From: Geosiphon pyriformis uo1 | Taxonomy: Eukaryota; Fungi; Glomeromycota | Assembly: GCA_016748015.1 (NCBI GenBank) | Contig: JAAOMT010000570.1 | Location: forward strand, 562,043 to 626,042 | Reading direction: 5' to 3' | Length of the DNA stretch: 64,000 bases | In this document: in pieces, positions 11,901 through 24,019 of the stretch | Numbering within the stretch: position 1 is the first letter of the stretch | How the letters are laid out: every line of letters begins with the position of its first letter | Notes under the pieces: generated by a model | Told to the model about the DNA's origin: nothing | Database searches by the model: none | Seen by the model: the letters and a program-made list of their open reading frames with translations, nothing else | Program-made: the position numbers and the translations under genes

Positions 11901-14900
11901 ATTTTGGAAAATATTGCTGTGTATGATTCTAATCTCTAATTTATTCAATAAAACAATAAGGTAATTATTAGGATTGTAGAATGTAACTTGAAATTTTTTT
12001 ATTCCTTTGAAAATATAAACATTTGGAATTGAGATTTCATGTTTTAAACAGATTTGTTCATTGGATTCAAAGATTTGTTGGATAGTGGTAGATTTTGAGC
12101 AAGTGTAAATTTTATAATGTTCTCCAAAAGATGAAATAGTAATTGGTTGGAGAAGTTGAAAAATCTGGTAAGATTTATTCTGTGCATTAAGAGCTATGTT
12201 TACTGGAACTGTAAATCGTTCAGTTGAACCAAAACCTTGAGTTTCTCTTTCACTTTTTCCCAATTGTTTTCTGTTGTTAACTGATTGTAAACCCAAAATG
12301 TTGATTAAGAGTAAGTAAATTACTTGAACAATCTTTTCAGTATGTTTAATCCTAAATGGTTTGTCTATTTTATTTTGTAACATAATAGTAATGTTTCCAG
12401 TATATCCTGCATCTATGATTCCTCCTTTGACATTGATTTTTTTGCTTGCCAATAATAATTAAAAAGCAATTTGTACTATTGCTCCTGGTGGTATTTTAAG
12501 AGCAATTTTGAGGTTGATTTTGGTTAAGAATTTTGGTTGAAGAACCAAAGTATTTTTGCCAGGATATCTCAGATCATATTCTGTATTGATTTTATGGACT
12601 TTTTCTGGTTTTATTCCTTTTCTATTGTTGTTAAAGTATTTGAGTTGTATAGCAGGCTGGTTTTTAGTAAGATAAATTGGGGTTGTTGTGATTTCTTTTT
12701 CTGGTTTATGTTCTCCAAACTTAATTTTTTTCTGGTCATCTTTGCTGGACAAAAGGATGCTAAGAGTATAACATTCTGAACACCATTTATCATCACAAAA
12801 CATGATGTATTTTTCATACAATTGAATGTTTATTTGCTCTAATTGTTGAATTTGAGCTTCTTGGGTTGAATAAGTGTGGCTTGCAATTTGGTGGTATGTT
12901 TCTACTTCATCTTTATAGTTAAATTCAGCTAATTTTATTGTGTATTCAATGTACTCAGCTTCTTTTATTTGTCAGACATCTTCCTATGTGGCTTCATTGA
13001 TTAAAGTCATTGCTAAATCAAAAATCATTTCAGTATTATGAAGATAGTAGTAGAGTTTATTAAGAGTACTGTTGTATGCTGCATCAAAAGGTGTTCCTTT
13101 TCTGACTTTTTCTGAGATTGATAGAACATATTGGCAAGTTTGATCACATACTCTTTCTCTTATTGTAACATCAATCCAGTTGCATTCTTCTGATAGCATA
13201 TTTTTACATGTAAAACAAGAAGTGTTGTCCTATTTTCCACTTTGTTTGGAATATTCAAATCGTTTTCTATGGCATGCTTTACAATAGTAACAGATGTAAG
13301 TTTCATATTCCTCTTCTGGGGAAATATATGCTTTTATTGATGAAAGTTTTTTGTTGTAGTCTTTGTATTTAAGTAGAATGTAAGATAATTGTTTCTGTAG
13401 TTCTAGTGTAGTATTCCATCCTTTGGTCTTTTCAAAAATTGTTTGTTCTGTTTTTTCAGCCCAATTAGATGTTGATCCAAAAACCATAAAGGTTTCAGTA
13501 ACTGGTAGTTCTTTTTTTTCTTCAAATTCGAATACTGAAGCTTTTTCAGATTTTTTATTAAAAATACCACAGGTGGCAAATACTCTGGTGTATTGTTCTT
13601 GGTATGAAATTTTTAATTCCTGGGTTTTTCAATTTAAATTTGCATTGGTCTTAAGAAGCCAATCATTTCCAATGAGAGCTTAATATTGGGGTGTATCTAT
13701 AATTAGAACTTTGACTGGAATGGTGATTTTATCAATGGTGAATGGGAAATTGTCAATTTTTTCTACTGGTGTTTTTTTCATCCCATTTGCTGTAACAAAT
13801 ACAGTTTGAGCTGGTCTGTCAACGTTTTTTCTCAGCTGTTGCATCAATTGGTAGATAATAATATTTCTAGCTGATCACTGTCTAGAATTAAGCAGATTTG
13901 TTTTTTTCTACTTCAGCTTTAGTATACATAACTGTTATTGCTTTTTGTTCATTGACTGCTGCATTGCTAAGCAAGAATAGTGATTTATTGGCTTTAAATT
14001 CAAATGGAAATATATCTGAAAGATTGGCATTTTGAGCAATTTGAGCTGGTAGAATAATATTGTTGAAAGAATTTGATCTTAATACTGCAGTTTTACCTTT
14101 AGAAAGTGCAGTTTGTTAAAAATTTGATTTTTCTGGCATTGTAAGATAACTGAGTTGAATATAATAGTGATTGGGTCTTTGCTAACCAGAATTTTGGAGA
14201 ACCAATTAGTTGTTAGAATTAAATCTGTTGTTGTTTATTGAAAAATGGTTTTGTGGTGTGAATTGGTTATGTTGAATCAGTTTTCAGACAGGTACTTGAT
14301 TTTGTTGTGTAAGTAGTTGTTGATACTATTAGATTGGTAGAAGTTGTTAATATTGCTGCTGTGGAGAAAGTTAATAGTAACTGTTTTGCTATTGGAGTCT
14401 TGAAGAATAATAGACTGATGGTAGAGACTAATAATGAGATTGCTGTATTAAAGAGTAACATTAATTATTTCTGTTTTGTTGGTCTTTTTGTAACTTTTTG
14501 CAGTCTTGTTTCCAATGTCCTAGAACTCCACAATAGTAACAACTTTGGTTTTGACTAGTGGATGATGATGGGAAGTTGTTTTGGTTTTGTTATTATGGTG
14601 GCTAATATTTTTGTGTTTGTTGTTACTATTATTGGTTGGTAAAATAGTTTTCAACCTTCTTTGTAAGTTGGTCAATTTTTTTTTCAGCTGCTGAGCTGGT
14701 TTTTCTAATAGCAAGATTTACAAGTTTGGTATGGTTTGCTTCTTCTATTGCCACTTTATAGTTCTTTGCATGTTTAATAACTGTTGTTAAGTCTTTTGGG
14801 GCATGTGGGTGAACTTTTTTGATTAATTTGTCTTTTAATCTTGCTATAAACTGATCCAAAATCTGGGCATTAGAGTAGTATTCATTGGTTTCTAATTGTT

Positions 14901-15969
14901 GAATTTGTCAAAGAAGTTTGTTGAATCTTCCAAGATAGGTCATAACAGTTTCAGATGTTTTTTGTTTGATATTGCAAAAGTGATTGGGAAGAGTAATAAA
15001 GGTGTTGTTGTCAGTGAATTGTTGTAAAAAAGCATCTTTGAATGCTTGTCAGTTTTCAAATAGTTCTTCTAAGTTTTCAAACCGTTCTTTTGCAGTTTTT
15101 TGAAGAAAGTATGGGATTGCTTTGAGCATTCTTGCTGCATTCCATCCATTTGCATCTCCTGCTTTCTGGATTTTGTCAAGCTATTCTTGTGGACTGGTAT
15201 TGTTATCTTCACTAGTAAATTCTGGGATCTTTGCAATATAAGCAGTTGCCATTTCTTTTTTATTTTCTGTATTTTTTTCTGGTTCTGATTTAGTTTCTTC
15301 ACTTTCCAAGTTCTCTAAATAATTACTTTCATTTTTCTGTAAGTAATCAAGAAGATTGGTGCTGGTTAATATTGGTTCTTGCTATTGAGTAGAATTTCTA
15401 GGTGACTGAAAATTTTTTGGTCTGGAGAAATAGATAATTAATAAATTTGGTGTTTGTGGTCAAGCAAGTAAAATTGGAAATAGTGTAATAAAAAGTAGTA
15501 ATTTGATACTGGTTTCTTGTTCAGGTGTTTGCAAGTGTTTGGTAGTTGTTTTTGGTAGTATTGGAGTGTTTAGAGTGGTTCTTAAGTATTGTTTCACTTT
15601 TTGTTTGCCTTTGTTGCTTGTTTCTGTTTTTGATTCAAAGTTAATAGAGTATTTGGATTGTATTGGATATTTTTTTTCACAATATTGAATAATGATAAAG
15701 TTAAGTTCTTAAAAGTAGGTGGCAAGTGTTTCACTGTTAAGGTCTTCAGTTCTTAATTGTGAATAGTGCAATAAATTATTGTAGAGATTGTTTCTAACTT
15801 CTGAAATGTTGTAATTTTCAAAAAAATAATTGTTGATGCAGTTTTCAATGTATTGGTATACTGATTTCTTGACAACTTTAATTCCGTCTGAAATGTTGAA
15901 TTTTTGCTTACAATAAGTGTAAATTGACTGATAATACTCTAGAGTTGTTGTGTCTGGTGTGGTCACCAC
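9000..15969 (-). pseudogene. Gypsy gag-pol polyprotein, disrupted
   Basis: Gag zinc knuckle CYYCGVLGHWKQDC at 14500-14541. Frameshifted protease ILDS(G)S at ~13870-13895. RT YLDD at 11171-11182. RNase H at ~10400-10750. Integrase HHCC at ~9975-10105 and core GIDLVGPLP/GLVECFNRTL at ~9590-9915. Confidence 0.93.
12225..12640 (-). pseudogene. Trimeric dUTPase domain within Gypsy pol, between protease and RT
   Basis: Motifs (A/G)YDL ('TEYDLRYP'), GIIDAGYTG, KIVQ and RETQGFGST are visible in ORFs 12459-12821 and 11889-12452. Confidence 0.9.
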
Positions 15970-15994
15970 TTTGAATTTGTTGTTGCTGTGTTAT

Positions 15995-16012
15995 TTCCGT
16001 GGGAGAACACCA
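15995..16012 (-). other. tRNA primer-binding site TGGTGTTCTCCCACGGAA
   Basis: Starts 2 nt inside the 5' LTR boundary with TGG. Its complement reads as a tRNA 3' end (CCGUG-GGAGAAC-A-CCA). Confidence 0.85.
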
Positions 16013-16014
16013 AA

Positions 16015-16985
16015 TGTTACCAGAGGTTTTGGTTTCTTTTCTTGAAGGTTGTTACTGTTTGTCTGTTGCTAATTTCACGTTTTCTGGAAGCAATTGAACC
16101 TTCAATAATGGAATTTATTTTCAAATTATCTCTTATAATTTGAACTGCTGGGCTTATATGTAGAATGGCCAATTTTATGTTAGTTACTTTGTGTAGTTAC
16201 ATTGTAATAAATATCAACTCTTTTTCAGGAATTGCTCATTTGGAAGCTCACTAAAAATGTGTAGTTATTTTGCTGTAAAAGTCAACTCTTCTACAGGAAT
16301 CTTGTCTGTAGACTATCTCAATGATTATAATAAGAAAAAAAAAGAAAAAAAGAAAAAAAATGTAAAAGAAATAGAATTTTGTTAAGAAAAACGTTTTCTA
16401 TTCAGGCCTGGAGTCACTAACAGTTTATTGAAATTGGTAGCTAATCAATTTCAAAATGTTAGTTGTGTTAAGAGAATTTCAAATATAATAATTTAAGGAT
16501 TTGGTTTTTAAATATTTAATTTTTATTTGAGATGTATAAAAGATAATTTGTTCTAATTAAGATATCTAAAGTAAGATATTATGATAAGATATGAGAAGAT
16601 ATATTTTTTTGAAGAGAAAAGCTTTTTTTTTATACAATTTGTTGTAGTACTAGTTTTTGAACTTGCACTTTTCTTTTTGCTACAATTTTGGTAAACTAAA
16701 GATACATTTCGGTGAACTACAAGTTATTTCACTGAACTATTGATTATTTCGGCCAATTTTTATTAATTTTGGCGAATTTTGACTATATTAAATGGTTCAG
16801 AGTATTGTTTAATTTAATCATCTTAATTTTTATGATACAAATCGGATTATTGATTAAGTAGTAATATTTGATAATTTGATTAAATAATAAGTGATAATCG
16901 AATTAATAATATTATATACTAATTAATAATATAAATTATGAAGATAATTTCATACTAATTAATAGCTAAAATTCTACTGGTAACA
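16015..16985 (-). repeat. 5' LTR of the Gypsy element
   Basis: Direct repeat of 7103-8074, adjacent to the PBS. Confidence 0.97.
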
Positions 16986-17668
16986 CCACACACACTTTTC
17001 TGTCTTTTGACTTTACATAAAAGAGGATCATAAAATATGCACCAAAGAAGAAATAAGAACACCTCCCCTTAATCCAAATCATCATACATCTGATATTTAT
17101 TTGTCAACCCAAAATCAGTTATAACTCTGTTAACACAATTATTGTAAATACTACCAAAAAATCTAATGAATTTGTTGTACATTTTTATTCTAACCGAGCT
17201 TTTCCTAAGATGCTTCCATTCAACAGAATCATAGGTCTTTCATATATTCTGTAAGACCAGTCAGAGTTCATGGTCCTTTTCCAAAGCATCCTTAATAATT
17301 AAACCAACAGCAAAAATGGGAAATTGCATTGTTGTACTCTTTAAAACTGAGAAATTGTCTCCTTGTAAAATATCAAAAGTGCTGTACACCAAAGAGATCC
17401 TGTCTAAGAGAATCTTGGAAAAAATCTTGCAGACAGTCTCAATTAAGACAATAGGTCAAGTATTTGTAAATACCTTCTTCTATTTATATGGCTTAAGAAT
17501 TATTAAGACCCAAGCTTCTTTTTAAGCATTGGGTACTGCTTTATAATACAAACAAAAATTCAAAAACACCAAAAGCATATCCAAGACCAACTTGTTATAA
17601 TGCTTCCAAAGCTTATTTAAGATTCCAAAAAGACCAACAGCTTTGCCATCAGACAGATTAGAAACCAC

Positions 17669-18635
17669 TGTTATTGGAGGTTTTTGGTCTCTTTTTTTGA
17701 ATGTTGTAAATGTCTGTTGGTTGTGAATTCACATTTCTTAGAGATAGTTGAACCTCTAATAACTGAATTTATCTTTAAATTATCTCTTATAATTTGAACT
17801 GTTGGGCTTATAAGTGGAATGGCCAATTTCTTGCCAGTTATTTTATGTAGTTACATTGTAGTAAATGTTAACTCTTTTCCAGGAATTGCTTGTCTGGAAG
17901 CTCACTAAAAATGTGTAGTTACTTTGTTGTGAAAGTCAACTCTTCTACAGGAATCTTGTCTGTAGGCTACCCAAGTAATTATAATAAGAAAAAAAAATTA
18001 AAGAAATGTAAAAAAAATAGAATTTTGTTAAGGAAAATGTTTTCTATTCAGGCCTGGAGTTATTAACAGATTACTGAAATTGGTAGCTAATCAATTTCGA
18101 AATGTTAGTTGTGTTAAGAGAATTTCAAGTGTAATAATTTTAAGAATTTGGTTTTCGAATATTTTAATTTTTATTTGATTTTGTAAAAGGTGATTTGTTT
18201 TAATTAAGATATTTGAAGTAAGTTACTATAGTAAGATACTATGAGAAAATATATTTTCTTGAAAAGAGAAGCTCTTCTTTTATACAACTTTTTGTAGTAC
18301 TAGTCTTTGAACTTGCACTTTTTTCTTTGTTACAATTTGGGTGAACTAAAGATACATTTTGGTGAACTACAAGTTGTTTCACTGAACTATTAATTATTTC
18401 GGCCAATTTCCATTAATTTCGGCGAATTTTGACTATGTTAAATGGTTTAGGGTATTGTGTAATTTGATCATCTTAATTTCTAGAGTACAAATCGAATTAT
18501 TGATTGAGTAATGATATTTGATAATTTGATTAATTAATAAGTAATAATCAAATTAATAATAATATATGCTAATTAATAATAGAAATTATGAGGGTAATTT
18601 CATGCTAATTAATAGCTAAAATTCTACTGGTAACA
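17669..18635 (-). mobile_element. Solo LTR of the same Gypsy family
   Basis: Full-length homolog of both LTRs (TGTTATTGG...CTGGTAACA), flanked by CCAC (17665-17668) and CCAT (18636-18639). The LINE RT sequence resumes exactly across it. Confidence 0.95.
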
Positions 18636-21600
18636 CCATACTGAGCAACTTATTAAAACTAACTAAACACATTACATTTGAAAAAGCACTATTAAAAACA
18701 CACTCCAAAGACCAGTATTGATAAGACCAATTACCAAAAAAATCTACCACCACTTCATGCTTCTTAGTTCAGCCCTTCATAATTACATTTATCTTGGCTT
18801 TAACCAGGTCAGGCTCCAGAATCAGTTCATTCTCAATAACCAAATAGTCTAAAACCATCTTCCAAAAAGGATGCTTCAGCATGTTCCTGATTATGTAACT
18901 TTTATTGACTGCAAAGTTTTCTATTCATTTATCAATAGCCAACTTAATTTTTGACTCCTTAGCTCATAATAACTCAGCAAGCTTGAAGGCACAATATAAT
19001 TTATGCACACTGGAAAGAGCTGAATGTACATAATCAAAATCTGCACCAGAATTCAACAAAACCTAAACAGAAAATGTCTTATTAATGTCCAGAAATATCT
19101 AGTGATCTATTAAAGACTTAAACATACCATTAACACTCTCATGTAAAGACTTGACTATCCTTGACACCAAAATTTCTAACTTATAAAACCTAGAAGATTC
19201 TCTGATAAAAATCTCATTAAAGCCCTTAAACTATTTCTTTTTGAATATTTTATTCGCCAAAAGACACATTACTTTGTGAACAATATTTCACATAGCATTC
19301 AAATCTTTAAACCTTCAGGCACAAAAAACTCATTGGAAAACATTGCTATATTTACTGTTGTAGACTCCTTGAATCTGTACTACTTTGCTTCATTAGTATT
19401 CTTGATATTAAACTTCCAACAATTTCTATTTGCTTGTTTGCAAAGGGAGTTTAACTGTGTATCCAAAAGTCCACCCAAACCCATGAACACAAAAACAGCT
19501 TAGTATTCAGTGTTAAAGTGTTTACTGATATCTAAAACATCTTAACTTACTACTGCATTGACCAAATTTGAGGAAATAAATACATAATCTATTGTCTTTT
19601 TGGCACTTCTTGAATTTTTCTACATAGAACTCTTTATAACCAAACTTTCTGACAGAAAATTTACCAACCTTAAATCAAGACATTTTTTGAAACTGGCACA
19701 CCTGCAGAAACTATTCTTATTGAAATCACCACCTAGGATAACAAAAAAAAATTCATTTACAGCCTTTGCAACCAGAAAGTTGATTTCACCAACTTGTGAA
19801 AACCAAACCACCAAGAAAATGCCAGTATACAGCCCCAAAATTGAAACAGAAAATTTATTCTTGAAAAGCAACTTAATAGATAGAAACTGACCAAACTTTT
19901 CAGAAACCTTATACACATGTCTTGCCAAAGAAAAATTCATAATAATTACAACACTAACACCCAAATGTCCAGAATCTAAACCAGAAGTAAATATTCAAAC
20001 ACTATTAAATTTGTTGACAATTCATGGGTGAACTTTTCCTTTCAACTTTATTTCTGTAAAAATAAAAACCAAATTGTTTATGTTTTTGTGTCAACAAATA
20101 ATATCAACCTGTTTTACAAGATTGTTTATTTCTTTAATATTGCACATAGCAAATTTCTACATCAAATCACTTATTAAAAAAAGGGTTTAAAAAGTGCACC
20201 ACCAGCCAAAACCAAACCATTAAAACATGCTGACAGACTCAACACTAAAGCAGTAAGTCTATCTAACATGCTTTCTAATTGTGCCACATTAGGGAGGGCA
20301 GAAAAGCCCAAAACCATAACAGTCTTACTACTAGTGGTCCTACTTAAGCCCTCTCTTATTATTATATTATCCACTTAATTCTGTAATAGGGGGGTCACCA
20401 ACAGTTGACATCCAAAGCTAAACTGAAAAACTGTCAGCACAAGTAATTTCAACTTCTTAGCCAACTCACCAATCTGTCCTGTGAAACTGGTAAGACTGCT
20501 CTTAACTTTAGCCAAATGTAATTTTAATTCATTAACTATGGGCAGAGAATGTTTTATCTTTGAAAAAAAACTATAGTTAGTTAGACCAATGTGTGCAAAA
20601 AGAGAGGAAAGAAAAAATCCACCAACAATCTTCATCCAGAAAGCACTATTAAAAGAAACAGAGCGAGCAATGGAAGCTGAACATTTGACATAGATAAAAA
20701 CCTGCCTGCTTTTATCCTTCTTAAATAGCACTTTATAAGAAAAAGCACCAAGAGAATTTTTCTTACTGAAAGCACAGCCCAATAATGTATGTCCTATTTT
20801 CATATACTTAGTGTATTTAAAAAAACCCAGCTGAGACCAATACAGATTGACATTCTTTAGAACTGGAGTGGTTTCCATGATAACATCAAGTGAATCAGCA
20901 AAGTTAAAATACATCACAGCATATCTAGATCAGACATATATAACTAGATGATAATCAATAATACAAGTTTTACTTCCAACTAATCCAATAAAGTCCCAAA
21001 TATTGTGTGTATTTGTTTCTACTAGTAAAGTATACAACAAAGCTTTATAATTATTTCTCGCATCTTATGATTTTTTGTCCATATTAGTCCTAGTAATGTG
21101 AACTGTATCTTTCCCAATTAAAATAGACCACTTTGTTACAGCCAAATTGGCTTGATCTACCTGCTCAAACTCAATCACAGTTTTTTGCCATAGTCTTACC
21201 AACTGCATTTTGATCGACTTAATTATTTCAAACTTATATAGTACAGCATGCACAGCTTTAGCTAATGTTCCAACAGGAATTTTTTTTATCATCACAGCCC
21301 AATTTGAACAACCAGTAAATTTTTTAAGATTGGTGTTTACTAATATATTTGCAGCTCTTGCCTTTTCCATAGTCTGTGCCAAACTTGATTTAGAAGTAAA
21401 AAAAGTATAGATAATTTCAGCAAATTTTGAGAGAATAAAGATCTTTCCAAAATTATTGATTTTAGAAAATAATTTTTTGACAATCACAAGCTTCTTCTGA
21501 AATAATTTCTTAGCAACTTTATTCAGACTTATATTTAGAGTAAACAATTTTCTAACAAATACATTGACTAGATTCTTTAGTGGAAGAAAGAAAATCATAA

Positions 21601-22149
21601 AAGCATCCAAAAGAATGTCATTATTATTAATATTATCCAAGAAATTGATTTTTCCTAATGATGTATCCAGAGCCTTTTTTGTTATCAATCTTGGACTTTT
21701 AGGTATTTGGTTGGAATTACTTTTATTAAACAGACTTTTTTTACTATAATTTACACTGGTTTTCTCTACTAGACATTCCTTTTCTATATTAATACTATTA
21801 GATTTGGTGATATTACCAGTTTTAAACTTCCAAAAACTACCAACCATTTTTTCAGACAAGACTATTTTACAAGCAACACCATTTTTCAAAACACCAACTT
21901 TTTTTTTTTAGAGGCAGTATTCTTTTCACTACTGTTAGTACCAAAGTCCTTAACAGATTTTTTTATCACAGCAATACTACAGCCAATAGTGACTTTGTAA
22001 TCAAGCAAAAAAAGTTTGGATTTATTGTACTGAATTGTAGAAACTTCTTTCAAAAAAAACTTTTTTAACTCTTTTTTAAAAATTTTGAACAAAAGAGAGA
22101 AAGAAGTTTTTTATATTTATTTATAATTATTATTATTAAAATTATATTT

Positions 22150-23635
22150 GGTTTTAATTATTGTTATATTCAAAAAAAATCAATTTATAGTTTTACTAAA
22201 AACAAATATTTTATCTTAAACAACACAAATTATATCTTTAAGTTTTATATACAAAACAAAAAAAATGTTTAAAAAAATAGTAATTAATATAACTAATAAA
22301 TTAATTAGTTTAACAATAAACTTAATCAAAAAAATCAAACTTAAAATCTGAAATTCCAAAAATTTAATCTTGATTTAATTATAAAATTAATAACAAAAAC
22401 AGTCAAAAAAACAACAAAAAAAAAGTTATAGAAACAATAGCTTTAATATAAGATTTTATATTAATAAAAAATAGAAAAAAAAACAATAAAACCATTAATA
22501 AACTTAAAAACAAATTTAGAAAACAAAAACAAAAGTATCTTATAATTTACAGCCAAATAATTCAAATTTTAATACTTGTAATAATAACAATATTTAAAGA
22601 TTTCTTATAAAATATAATTCTTATATAAAATACCAGTTTTTAAAATAACAAAATTTAAAATTTTTAGAAAATCAAAAATTATAACAGCAAAATATTAACA
22701 ATAATAAAAATCAGAAAAATAAAAAATAAAACAAATATAATTATTAACTTAAAAAATTAAACTATTAATTTTAAAAGCAGTACAACCAAAAAAAAATTTA
22801 TATTATTTTTTTAATTAATACAGACTAATTATCAAAAACAACAGCTGTAAAAAAAGTTTTTAAAATAAACAATAGCATATTGCTATAAGCCAATAGACTT
22901 TAACTTAACTAAAATAATAATACCAAAAATATCAAAAATATTTTTAATATTATTAGAGAATATATTAAAAAAAATATTATAAAGTACAATAGAAATAAAA
23001 AAAAAAAACAGAAATTATTACAAAAAATTTTGTAATCTTAAGTATAATTAAGAAAAAAAAACAATCAATAGTAATTTTAATAACAACAACCAAAAAAATT
23101 TCAAAAGTAAAATCTATTTAAAACAACTTAAAATTGTTTTTTAAAACAAATTTGAACCCAAAAAAGCCAAACAATAAATAAAACAAAGAATTAATTAAAG
23201 CTAATATGATCTTAAAAGGAGTATTAAATATTAAAATAAAAATCACCTATTTAAAAAAATTTTAATAACTAGAAATTGTTTTTTAAACATTACTAAAAAT
23301 AGTACTAAAAAACAAATAAGAAAAAATTAATTAGTTTTTATTTGATTAATTTAATTTTTAAGATTAAATAATTAGATAAATTGTTTTGTTTTTAAAACTA
23401 ATAATAATATGTTAAAAAACATTATATTTAACAATACAACTAATAGTTAATCTTATTTTATTATAAATAATATATTATTGTTGTTATTATTCATATTAAA
23501 AAAAAAGCCAAATACAATTAAAAAAATCTTGTCCAAAATTTTATTAAAAATTACCAAAAAATTTGATGTAATAATAATAAATTCAAACAATTATTGTTGT
23601 TTTTTGAAATTTTTGGCTTTTTTAGTTATTTACAA

Positions 23636-23669
<34 letters not shown>

Positions 23670-23995
23670 GTAAAAAAAACTAACTTGTTAATTAATCTAT
23701 TATTAAAAACTTTAAGGCTTTTAAAAAAAATAGAAACAATATTAAAATTAATTTTAATGTGTTTTTAAAAAAAACTACTAGCCAAAGATAAAAAAATTAT
23801 TTTAAAAGCTGTTAAAAATAGCTTTTTACTATTAATATTTAAAAAAATTATTGTTAAGATATTTTATTTAACTGTTTTAATAATAAAAAAACTTTTTTTT
23901 ATGAAAATTTTATTAATTATTATAAGAAAAATAATATTTGAAACTTTTTTGTTTTTTGTTTTAGTTGTAATTATAAAATTAAAAAAGAGAAAATT
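22150..23995 (-). mobile_element. Very degenerate copy of the ORF1-only element
   Basis: Colinear blocks with 25750-27890, e.g. ~23684 'cttgttaattaatctattattaaaaactttaaggctttt' vs ~27562 'cttgtttattgatctattattaaaaacttttgggctttt'. Also 23101-23350 vs 27001-27250, and 22801-22900 vs 26701-26800. Confidence 0.75.
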
Positions 23996-24019
23996 AATAT
24001 ATTTATTATTATTATTATT

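Larger units (their letters stand above)
7103..16985 (-). mobile_element. Full-length Ty3/Gypsy LTR retrotransposon (gag-PR-Cys-rich-dUTPase-RT-RH-IN plus extra 3' ORF), degenerate
   Basis: Paired ~970 bp LTRs with TGTTACCAG...CTGGTAACA ends, a 4-bp TSD CCAC (7099-7102 and 16986-16989), PBS and PPT, and PR-RT-RH-IN domain order. Confidence 0.97.
4495..22108 (-). mobile_element. Full-length degenerate LINE (ORF1; ORF2 APE-RT-RNase H), interrupted by a Gypsy element and a solo LTR
   Basis: ORF1 fragments at 20174-22092, APE fragment at 19620-19964 (ILGGDFN), RT at ~17000-17660 and ~6900-7100, RNase H at 5314-6006, 3' UTR at 4513-4628, 5' motif at 22095-22108. Colinear with the 35335-42058 copy once both insertions are removed. 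Confidence 0.92.

Noticed and set aside
7103-18635. One three-LTR tandem element
   Set aside because: The sequence between the second and third LTR is LINE RT and each insertion has its own TSD, so these are two separate events.
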